Notes under the pieces: generated by a model
What the model was told of the DNA's origin: nothing
The model's database searches: none
What the model saw: only the letters and a program-made list of their open reading frames with translations
From: Azolla caroliniana
Lineage: Eukaryota; Plantae; Polypodiophyta
NCBI GenBank assembly: GCA_043228905.1
Contig: JBHGNT010000015.1
Span: 10,788,001 to 10,852,000 of the forward strand
Reading direction: 5' to 3'
DNA: 64,000 bases
Shown here: positions 1-11,100 of the stretch, one piece after another
How the letters are laid out: each line of letters opens with the position of its first letter
How positions within the stretch are numbered: the stretch's first letter is position 1
Position numbers and translations under genes: made by a program

Positions 1-2075
1 CGCAAGTTCATCAAAGATTGTATTGCCCCTCACTCAACTGACGCAAAAGAATCGACCATTTGTATGGAGTACAAAGGCGAACTGTGCATTTGAGGGTTTA
101 AAGCAAGCGTTTACATCTGCACCAATTTTAATGCATGTCGATCCAATGAGGCGATGTATACTGGAAGTTGATGCATCTGATTTCGCACTCGAAAGCGTAC
201 CATCCCAGATTAGTGATGATGGCAAACTGCACTCTATGGCTTTTCACTCACGGAAATTTGAAGCCACAGAAATCAACTATGAGATTCACGACAAAGAGCT
301 TCTTGCCATTGTGGATTCTTTTCAACAATGGCATCATTTTTTGGAGGGTTCTTCTCAATAGATTATTGTCTACAATGATCACAAAAATCTAACATACTTC
401 CGAAGTGCTCGAGTCTTGAATCGTCGACAAGCTCGTTGGGTGCAGTTCTTAACTCGTTTTGATTTCGTAATTCTGTATCGCCCTGGGATGCATGCAACAA
501 GGAAAAGTAGATGCTTTATCCCGATGTTCGTATATGGAACTTCAACCAGGAGAGGTCACATTTGAAAGTCAGAAGCAAGTCCTCTTAGGTCCTGATCGTC
601 TATGACTAATGGCAATGAATACTATCAACACATCGGGAGACTCGAGACTTCTTGATTCCATTCGGGAGCATATTGTGACCAATGCATTCACCCAAAAGAT
701 TTTGAACCATATTATCCCAGATCATGCTTCTTGCTCCCAATCTCAAAATCCTTGTCGAGACTACACCTAGTTCAGTTGGAATGATGGTTTACTTTCTCGA
801 CAAACTCTCTTGTATGTGCCTGATAGTCCTTCTCGACTCGAAGTCGTGCAACAATGTCATGACACACCAATGGTTGGACATGTTGGCATCCACAACACGT
901 TTGAGTTGATTTCTCGCCGATATTGGTGGCCACGCCTTCGCAATTTTGTTACAAATTATGTTCGTAGTTGTGATACATGTTGTTGATCAAAAAAGTCTCG
1001 ACATCATCCATATGGCTTATTACAGCCAATGCCTATTCCCGAGAGCCCATGGAAATCTATTTCCTGGGACTTTATTACGGATCTTCCACCTTCCAAGGGT
1101 TTTGATTCTATTCTCATGGTAGTAGATCGTTTTACGAAGATGCCACATTTCCTTCCATGCACGAAGACCATTACTAGCCAAGAGACAGTTGATTTACTCA
1201 TTCGGGAGGTGTTTCGCCATCACGGTCTTCCAGATGATATTATCAGCGATCAGGGTCCCCAATTCATCTCAAAATTTTGGCAGCACATGTTCAAACTCTT
1301 ACATACTTCTTGTAAACTCTCTTTCGGATACCATCTAGAGACTAATGGGCAAAGTGAGCGCACCAACCAAACAGTCGAACAATATCTTCATTGTTTTGTC
1401 AACTATCAACAAGATGATTGGGTTGATCTATTACATTTGGTGGAATTTGCTTACAACAACTCCGAACATTCTTCTACTAGATATTCCCCATTTTTTGCGA
1501 ACATTGGGCACCATTCTTGTTGGACAATGCTTGAACATCCCGAACTTCCGACAAACCTGACTGCTAAAGATCGTCTCACCCGACTCCAAGAAGTTCAGGA
1601 TATACTTTTGCACCATTTATGTGATGTTCAAACCACTCACAAGAAGATTGTTGACCGTCATCGGTGTGATTCGTTGACTACATTTCAAGTAGGAGATCGA
1701 GTATGGCTCTTACAAGGTAGCATTAAAACCACCGGACCTTGCTACAAACTGGATTAGCAACGTTTCGGCCCATTTGTGATCTCTGGTAAGATCAATGATG
1801 TGACATTTCTCCTTGATCTTCCTCCTCATGTGTCTTCACCCAGTCTTCCATGTTTCACTTTTGGAGCCCTACACACCAAGCTAAATTCCGGGTCGTCTTA
1901 CACCACCCCCACCTCCAATCGAAGTTTCCAATGGCTCTGAATATGAGGTTGCTACCATTCTCGACCCCAAGATCATCTTGCTAATGCCTCTGACATTGTT
2001 GTTGCATTTCACAACAAATATCCCTATAAACCAAGTCCAAACACTTGTCTTCCGACTCGTGGAACTCGTCGTCGA
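1..2075 (+). pseudogene. Degenerate gypsy pol (RT end, RNase H, integrase, partial chromodomain)
   Basis: ORF fragments 23-361 and 1029-1757 are separated by stops and frameshifts. Confidence 0.9.
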
Positions 2076-2088
2076 AGAGGGGGGATAA

Positions 2089-2348
2089 TGTCATGAAGAC
2101 ATACATTTTGGCTTATCAAGAGTCAAACCCACAACTTCTTGGTCTATGTGTTGAACCTTTAACCATTGTAAAAACATATATGATGTGTAGTTATAATAAT
2201 TATATTTTTAGTGATTACAAGATATTTGGAATATTCTAGAACATTCTTGAATATTTCATGATTATATTTATTATCATAAATAACTAAAATATTCTAGAAC
2301 ATTCTAGAATACTCCATAAGGATCTATAAATAGGTGTCTATACATTCA
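2089..2348 (+). repeat. G1 3' LTR, U3 part (continues 13704-13873)
   Basis: Starts TGTCATG right after the PPT. TATA box TATAAATA at 2325-2332. Interrupted by copia A (TSD ATTCA). Confidence 0.85.
2228..2310 (+). promoter_or_regulatory. Two perfect heat-shock-element (nGAAn) arrays upstream of the G1 LTR TATA box
   Basis: gGAAtaTTCtaGAAcaTTCttGAAt (2228-2252, 5 units) and aTTCtaGAAcaTTCtaGAAt (2291-2310, 4 units). Confidence 0.75.
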
Positions 2349-2744
2349 TGTTGAGAATCAAGCTCAACTTGGTCTAGTGTGTGAACTCACCTTGAGAGTG
2401 AATAGACACTCCAACAGTAAAGAGTCACCATTAAGTCATCACTTTGTATTCTAGAATTTAGTATGAGTCATAGAATCATATTCTATGACACATAACTTAT
2501 GAGCTTTCACATTCCCCATGCTCCATGAGTCTTGTAGTTAATGAAGAGAGAGGGTGACTATATAAAGCACCCTCCTCCCACCTTGTATTTATCTGAAGTC
2601 TTTCTCATTTGTTAATATACTTTTACCTTGCGTATTCTCTGTCTCTTACTCCTTGTCTCTCTCACTCTCTCTCTCTCTCTCTCTCATACACACACATAAC
2701 TCACATCTCTTCCGCTTCACATGAATCATATCCGATTCTTTACA

Positions 2745-2756
2745 TGGTATCAGAGC
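2745..2756 (+). promoter_or_regulatory. Primer-binding site (initiator tRNA-Met) of copia A
   Basis: TGGTATCAGAGC immediately after the LTR end ...TTTACA. Confidence 0.9.
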
Positions 2757-3017
2757 GATTTGGTAGCTCGATCTAGCCCATTCGCCTCATAGTGATCGTG
2801 TGTTGTGCTCTACTCTGACGACCAAGAACCGGCTCATCGCTATCGTAGCTTCGCTACATAGCTCGCATTCGAAGAGAGAAGAAGAAGAAGAAGAAGAATC
2901 GACATAATGAATACTCAAATGGGGAGCGCTCTCCCTACCGAGAAGTTGGATCGAAACAACTTCGCATCTTGGGAGTACAAGATTCACCAATACCTTGTCG
3001 GACAGGCTATTGGAGCT

Positions 3018-3314
3018 GGGTGAAAGCATGGGAATGGGAACAATTAGCTATGTCCTTGACATAGCTAATTAGCTATCTAAAAAGCTACATGTAATCTGTA
3101 TATTTTGGCATTTTTAGGGATGATTAGAATTTGATCTCAAATAAAGACTAGCTAAACGGTGGACCATAAATGGTAATATTTCCATCCCCATCATAAATGA
3201 TACGTATCTTTAAGATCTTCCAACTAAAAATTAGCTATAAAAAAAACTATTTAGCTGTGGTCAATTTACCAGCTAAATAGCTATAATAGTGTTTCCATTC
3301 GCATGCTTTCACCC
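3018..3314. mobile_element. 297-bp non-autonomous TIR element (MITE), possibly Sola2-type, inserted in copia A gag
   Basis: ~25-bp TIRs GGGTGAAAGCATG(G/C)GAATGG(G/A)AACA with 2 mismatches, flanked by AGCT on both sides. Removing it restores gag ...TATTGGAGCTACATCAAAGGA (YWSYIKG). Confidence 0.88.
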
Positions 3315-5299
3315 AGCTACATCAAAGGACACCACGAAGACTGACCCGACGAAGCGGCTCCCGGATACGCGACATGGGAGCAAGCCGCAAGCCACGTGAT
3401 GTATTGCTTGGCGACATGTGTTCACGATCACATGCTCGGCTACATTCGCAAAGCCAAGATGCCGAAGGAGGCATGGGAAAATCTACGAAAGATTTTCGCG
3501 GCGAACACAACCGCAAGAAGGCTTCAACTTCGCCAAGAGTTGAACAACATTCAACAAAGGGACATGTCCATCACGACATACACCTTGAAGATCAAGGAGC
3601 TTTGCGACTCGCTCACCTCAATAAGTGTAAGTATAGATGATGATGAGATGGTTCAAATATGCCTCGGCGGCCTTGCACCACGGTTCGGCGTGATGCGAAC
3701 CGTCGTTCTAGCAAGGGAGAAATCTCCCTCCTTCTTCGAGCTCCAATCAATGCAATTGGTCGAAGAAAACAACGTGCATACAAGGAGTAATGAGTCGGAA
3801 GACCACATGCTCTACACGCACTCGAACGGAGGAAGAGGACGCGGACGAGTGAGAGGCCGAATCGGCCAAGGACAAGGTGGACGAGGTCCGCCTACGACAA
3901 CAACTCCCAATTTCGGCCACAAAACGGAAGCCAATGAGGAACCTTCGCAAAAAGGGGGAGCTTCCACTCCAGCCCAAACCGTCAAAACGCAACCGAATGC
4001 GGATATTGTGGAAAGCTCGGCCACCACGAAGAAGAGTGCCGAAAGAAGATGCGCGAAACGGCTTCTACAAGCCGAAAACTCACGAATTACGGGCACGATT
4101 CCGACTATGAAGAGTATAGCGGAATGTACGGGCATAACTCCGACTACAAAGATCAGGGTGGAATGTATGCACACAACTTCGACCGTGGCGGAATGCTCAT
4201 GATGAAACATAGAGCAAACTCTATGTCGGCCTCTACCTCAACTAGTGCCTCCGGTCCGGAAGACGTATGGTTCGTCGATTCCGGTGCCTCGAACCATATG
4301 ACATTGCATCAAAAATGGTTCCAAGAACTTCGAGAACCAGACCTACCCGGCTATGTCGAAACCAGAGACGACACTACGCACCTGATTCGGCACATCGGCA
4401 ATGTTCCGTTCGGAAATTACATTAAAAATGTCTTGCATGTACCGACCATTACGAAGAATTTGGTCTCCATCAGCCAAATTGTAGAGCAAGGGATGCAAGT
4501 TCGATTTAATCAAGGCGGTTGCTTCATCGAAAAAGAGGGCCGACTCATCGCACGCAGACGAAGAGAGGGCCGAATGTTCATTCTCAACTCACACGAGATG
4601 AAATCGTCCATATTCGCAAAGGGCATGAAAGCAGACTCCGACATAGAACTGTGACACAAGCGAATCAGTCACATCAATCTCAACAAACTCAAAGCAATGA
4701 AATCGAAAGGAGATGTCATCGGACTTCCGACATTCAAAGAGAAGGAGATTGAAGGTGTATGCGAAGCGTGCCAATTCGGCAAGCAACACCGACCCCCATT
4801 CCCGAAAGAGCGGAACGTGAGCAAAGGTCTACTCGACGTAGTCCATTTCGACGTATGGGGACGGGCGTAGACGGCTACATTCGGCGGATGCCGATATTAC
4901 GTGCTCTTCATCGACGACTTCTCCAAGCACACTTGGATCTACCCGATGCGGCAAAAGAGCGAAGTGTTTGGACACTTCCAAACATTCAAGAATGAAGTCG
5001 AGAAAGCCACAGGCCGACATGTACGTTGTCTTCGATCGGATGGCGGCAAGGAGTACTGCTCGGACGATTTCACGACATATCTCCGAAAGGAAGGAATTCG
5101 GCGAGAATTCACTTGCCGACACACTCCGCAACAAAACGGAGTTGCCAAGCGCAAAAATCGGCACATCCTCGAAGTAGCGCGGGCCATGATGAACGAGAAG
5201 CATATGCCCAAGTCATATTGGGCCGAAGCTGCAAATACGGTCGTCTACCTAATGAACCGGTGCACAACATCCGGCGTGCACGAGGTCACTATGCACGAA

Positions 5300-5760
5300 T
5301 GTTGAGAGACAAGCTCAACATCGGCCAGATCGGCTGAAAAAGCCGAGGTCCGGATCGGTTGGGACCGATCGGTTAGGCCGAATGTGTAAACCGGTACGCA
5401 GACCGGTGCGTAGGTAGGGCCGGATCGGTGCGTAAACCGGGAGGCCGTTAGGAAAGATATTCTGTGAGGACTATATTTGGGAGTTAGTGTAGGAGCTCTT
5501 AATGAGCATTGAAGTACTATCAGTACTTCGGTCAGTCCTTCTAGGACTTGTATAAAAGTGTTCATTGAACACACATATGTATAGACTGTGGTGAATAGAG
5601 ATTACCCTTTTTTAATATAGTTCTTGTTTTTCCTCTCTCTCTCTCTCTTACTCTCTCTCCCTCTCCCGCATATACTGCGTAAGCTCAAGCTCTCCATTAA
5701 ACCTGAGTTTTCTTCCTTCTGTTCGGTCTTCATACTTGCTTCCGCACGTTACTTTTTACA
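5300..5760 (+). mobile_element. Solo LTR (461 bp) of a copia related to elements C/D/E
   Basis: TGTTGAGAGACAAGCTCAAC...TTTTTACA with TSD ACGAA (5295-5299, 5761-5765); interrupts the copia A integrase. Confidence 0.92.
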
Positions 5761-8161
5761 ACGAAAAATACTTCGGAAAGAAACCGGACTTATCGCACAC
5801 CCGGATATTCGGCGTGATAGCGTACGTGCACATCCCTGACGAGAAGCGTCAAAAGCTTGACCCGAAATCAGAGAAATGTATCCTCGTAGGATACTCACTG
5901 GAGCAAAAGGGGTACAAGTGCTACAACCTCTCAACTCGAAAATCTCGAGTAAGTCGAGATGTCATTTTTGACGAATCCGCATCCTGGTACGCACCAGAGA
6001 CAACTCCGACTCCGACTCCCCTAGACCGGAATCCGCCGAACAAGAGATAGAGGATGAAGATCGCCTTACACGCATGTTCGAGGAAAGTCCGATCACAACC
6101 CGACTAAGCGGACCACAAGAGCCTTTGAGCGATCAAAGCACATCACGGCCTAGCCCGAAGATGGACAAAGGCAAGGCGAAAATGTTGGAATACGAAGACG
6201 ATCGCCTCGACGACGATGAGTTGACTCACTCGCCAAGGATCCGCGATGGATCAAAGCCATGAACGAGCAGATGCAGGCACTACGCAAGAACGAGACGTGG
6301 GATCTCGTTCCCACCTCACCACACAAAAAGGCGATCGGATGCTGATAGATTTACAAAGTGAAGTACAACGCTGACGGTTCCGTCAACCGCTACAAAGCGC
6401 GACTTGTAGCGAAAGGTTACGCCCAAACGCACGGAGTTGACTACGAAGATACCTTTGCCCCGGTGGCAAAGATGACGACGGTACGGACCGTAATTGCGCT
6501 TGTCGCGGCGAAAGGGTAGCACCTCCATCAAATGGACGTCAAGAACGCCTTTCTACAATGCGAATTGGAAGAGGAGGTGTACATGATACAACCACCCGGC
6601 TTCAACTCAAGCACCTATCCGAGAACTGTCTGCCACCTCAAGAAGCCACTCTATGGCCTCAAGCAAGCACCGCCTGCTTGGCATTCAAAGATAACGCAAT
6701 ATCTTCATCAAATCGGCCTCCGTATGTCAAAATCGGACAACTCCCTCTACATATGAAGCGATTCCACCAGTCTGATCATCATCATCTTATATGTGGATGA
6801 CCTAGTCATTGAAGGTGGGCATCTTGTCGAACTCAATAAGGTCAAATCCCTCCTTTCCGACAAGTTCGAGATGACGAACATGAAGGAGCTCCACTACTTC
6901 CTCACCATCGAGGTAATTCGGACTCCGGCCGGAATCATGATCTCTCAACGGCACTACATCCTCAACTTGTTATACAAGTTCGGGGTGGCTGAGTGCAAAT
7001 CCGCAGCAACCCCACTCGATCACAATCTCAAACTAGATGCGAACCCCGGCACCAAAGCGTGTGATCGGACTCAATATCGGCAACTCATCGGGAGTCTCAT
7101 CTACCTCACCATCACTCGATCCGATCTCAGTTATCCGGTCGGTCTCCTTAGCCAATTCATGCAAGCACCGTGTGATATTCACTTAGATTGCGCTAAGCAA
7201 GTTCTACAATATGTGAGCGGCACAATGGATTGTGCCATCCTCTACAAGCCCGCGATGCCAATACGACTCGAGGGGTACACAGACGCCGATTGGGCCAGCT
7301 ACAAAGCCGATAGAAGATCAACCTCCGGATTTGTTTTCTCCCTCGGTAGCAGAGCAATATCCTGGAGTAGCAAAAGACAACCAACTGTCGCTCTTCGAGC
7401 ACAGAGGCGGAATACAGGGGCGCGGCAGTGGCCGCATGTGAAGTCGTATGGCTCAAAAGGATACTCAAGGATCTGGGCATACCCATCAAGGATCCGACTT
7501 CCCTTTACTGCGACAACATGAGTAGTATCTATCTTGCTCGGAACCCGGTGTTCCACGCGCGGACAAATCACATCGAAGTGCACTATCACTTCATCCGAGA
7601 GCGCGTTCTAGTTGGCGATGTCAACCTACAACACATTAGCACCAATCTTCCAACGGCCGACATCTTCACTAAAGCCTTGCGAGCCGACAAGCTATGGCAA
7701 TTCATGACCGATCTCGGATTGACGATCCTTGGATTACGCAACCGCGCAACGAAGCCACGAAGAGCCGATCTACCGAAGATGCAAGCCAAAGCACAGACTT
7801 CGCAACTATGCACAACGCAAGCTTGATCACGGATTCCACAACTCCGCATAAATGCGAGTCGACGCGGACTCCGAAACGCGAGTCGAAGCGGATTTCGGAT
7901 ACCGTCTGATACTGACCCGACTTGAGCTTGAGGGGGCGTGTTGAGAATCAAGATCAACTTGGTCTAGTGTGTGAACTCACCTTGAGAGTGAATAGACACT
8001 CCACTAGTCAAGAGTCACCATTAAGTCACCACTTTGTATTATAGCATTTAGTATGAGTCATAGAATCATATTCTATGACACATAACTTATGAGCTTTCAC
8101 ATTCCCCATGCTCCATGAGTCTTGTAGTTAATGAAGAGAGAGGGTGACTATATAAAGCACC

Positions 8162-11100
8162 TGTTGGAAGCAATGTCGTCTGTGCGGAAGATCTTGAAGC
8201 ACTCGATTCCTGTTTATTCCCTGTGTATGACAGAATGTAGGTCGTTGCACAGAGAGAGAGAGAGAGAGAGAGACACAAAAGAGTTTCTTATTTCATAAAG
8301 CAACAATACAACAACCAACCTCACAAAGAGGTTACAAGGTCACTATATATAGTGACTGACTTAGGGCAACTACCCTTTATGCTAATTACATAAATGGCCA
8401 AAACGGGATAGTGTGAATACGTCCATTATACACATGTATTCGACACTCCCCCGTAATGGGCGTATACATGGGTTATCTAAGATTACAGGTATAGACTTAG
8501 GTTCTCGGACATATCAGCTTTGTTCGAGTCGGCAGGGTCCGAAGGCAGAAGACCGAACTGGTCGGGTCGGAACAGTTGAAGCCGATCATTAAGGAACTGA
8601 TGTCGGTTGTCGGGAACCATCCTGCTCTGTGTCCGGCTCTAACCGGACTGGTTTGTCGTTACGCCCATCTGATGCCGAAGAGACCGAAAACGGTCTGCCG
8701 AGAGACATTTGGTCATTCCATCTGCGACATTGTCGGTTGTGGATATTTTCTCTAGACCGATTTTCCCTGAAATGACGCAGTCCCGAACGAAGTGATATCG
8801 AACGTCGATATGTTTGGAGGCGTTGTGGTGAACCGGATTTTTCGACAAGGCAACAGCACCTTGACTGTCGCTGTAGACAACTGGAGCTGAGTCATGGTCG
8901 ACTTGTCGAAACGTGTGCGCCAGCCGACCGAGCCACAAAGCTTCTTTTGCTGCGTCGGACGCAGCTACATATTCTGCTTCGGTCGTTGAGGTCGCTGTGC
9001 ACTCCTGAAGTTTTGACTTCCACGAAATTGCTCCATTGCCGAATTTGAAGCAGTATCCGGTTGTTGATTTCCGACTGTCTATACAGCCGGCGAAGTCCGA
9101 GTCGGTGTAACCAACTACGCCTGAGGTTCGGTTCGGACCGAAAAGAATGCCGTGATCTTTTGTGCCAGCCAGATATCTGAACACATGCTTGACTGCGTTC
9201 CAATGCGATCGGCCAGGATTGTGCATAAATCTGCTAACGACTCCTACGGCATGAGAGATGTCAGGCCGTGTCGCGACCATCAGGTACATAAGGGAGCCGA
9301 CTGCCGGTGCATACGGTACCGACTTCATATCTTCCCCCTCCGAACCGGATGTCGGGCAGTCTCGCTGAGAGAGCCGAAGATTCATAGGGAGTGGGGTTGA
9401 AGCAGATTTGGCTGATTGCATGTTGAAGCGTTCCAAGACACGTCCGATATAGTCGGTCTGAGACAAAAAAAGATGTCGTTTATCGCGATGCCGACTAATC
9501 TTCATGCCAAGGATGTGTCGTGCCGGACCGAGGTCCTTCATGGCAAACTTCAACCGCAGTTGCCGAACGAGATCGGCAAGTTCGCCCGCGTGGCGTCCAG
9601 AAATTAGCATGTCGTCCACGTAAATGATGAGGAAGATGGGTGATCCATCTTGAGCTGTATTGGTGAAGAGACAATGGTCCTCATCGCTTTTGGAGAAGCC
9701 GATCGATTGGATGAAGTCGTCGAACTTCTTGTACCATTGTCGCGGTGCCTGTTTGAGGCCGTATAGACTCTTCCTGAGTCGGCAGACTAGATGTTCTTGG
9801 CCAGTTGCCACGAAGCCTTTTGGCTGCTCCATATAAATTTCCTCCTCGAGATCACCATGGAGGAAGGCTGTTTTGACATCTAGCTGAATCAGCTCCAAGT
9901 TGTCGGCTGCCACGACGCCGAGCAGAAAACGAAGGGTTGTCATTTTCACCACTGGTGAAAAAATCTCGTCGAAGTCGACGCCATATTCTTGTCGGAAGCC
10001 CTTCGCAACTAATCTGGCCTTGTACTTTGGGGTGGTCGAATCAGACGTCTCTTTTAGTCGATAAACCCACTTGCAAGGAAGAGCACGTCGGTTCCTAGGT
10101 AATTCGACCAGATCCCAAGTCTTGTTTGCACGGATGGAGTGCATTTCCGACTCCATCGCCAGATGCCAGGTGGCCGAATCGACAGATGTCGATGCTTCTT
10201 CGTAAGACGTCGGTTCGCCGGCGTCGGTGAAGAAAATTCCAGGAGAATACCTCTCCGGAGGTTGCGACAGTCTCTCGGATCGTCGAGGTATGATTGGACT
10301 GGTCGCATCGGGTATCGAGGTCGGATGGTCCGAAACCGAATCATTCGGCTGTGCCGAGTCAGAGTTGTCCGAGTCGGTAGTATAAGGTTCAGCTACCCGT
10401 GAAGCTGACCGTGTGTTGAGAGCGGGGCCTTCTTGAAGGGTCGGCACATCGGAGAATGTTACCCTTCGGACTTCGATCGGTTTTTCGACTGATGGATTCA
10501 TAGCCGACTCGTTGAACACAACGTCCGAACTTCGAACGATTTGTCTGCGTTCGGGGTCCCAGAGTCGGTATCCCATTTCGCCGTCTGATCCATATCCAAG
10601 GAAAATGCATTTCCTGGACCGAGGTGCAAGTTTTCGGCGATCATCTTTCGGAATAAGGGCGTACGCCTCGCATCCGAAGATCCTCAGCTTGTCGTAATTC
10701 GGCTTACTGCCGATCCATAGTTCCTGAGGAATTTGAAGTCCTAGAGGTCTACTTGGCGACATATTGATTATGTGCACTGCCGTGAGTAGAGCCTCTGCCC
10801 AGAAGCCATCCGACAGTCCGGAGTGTTGGAGCATGGAAACTATCCTTTCTTGGATTGTCCGATTCATTCGTTCGGCAATCCCGTTTTGCTCCGGGCTGTG
10901 TGGTGCCGTAAATTCACGTCGGATGCCGCGTTGTCGGCAGAATTTGACGAATTCTTCGGATTTGAACTCTCCCCCATTGTCTGTCCGAAGGCATTTCAGC
11001 TTTCGGTCGGTTTGATTTTCTACCATAGCGAGCCAATCGGTGAAGATCGAGAAGACCCGATCTTTGGTGCGAATTGGATAAGCCCACACCTTGCGAGTCG

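Larger units (their letters stand above)
2907..7730 (+). pseudogene. Degenerate copia A gag-pol
   Basis: Gag, protease (WFVDSGASNHMT), integrase (FIDDFSKHTW, LRSDGGKEY, PQQNGVAKRKNR), RT ([14 protein letters not shown]) and RNase H (YTDADWA, ADIFTKAL), with many stops, frameshifts and an internal deletion near 6232. Confidence 0.9.
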
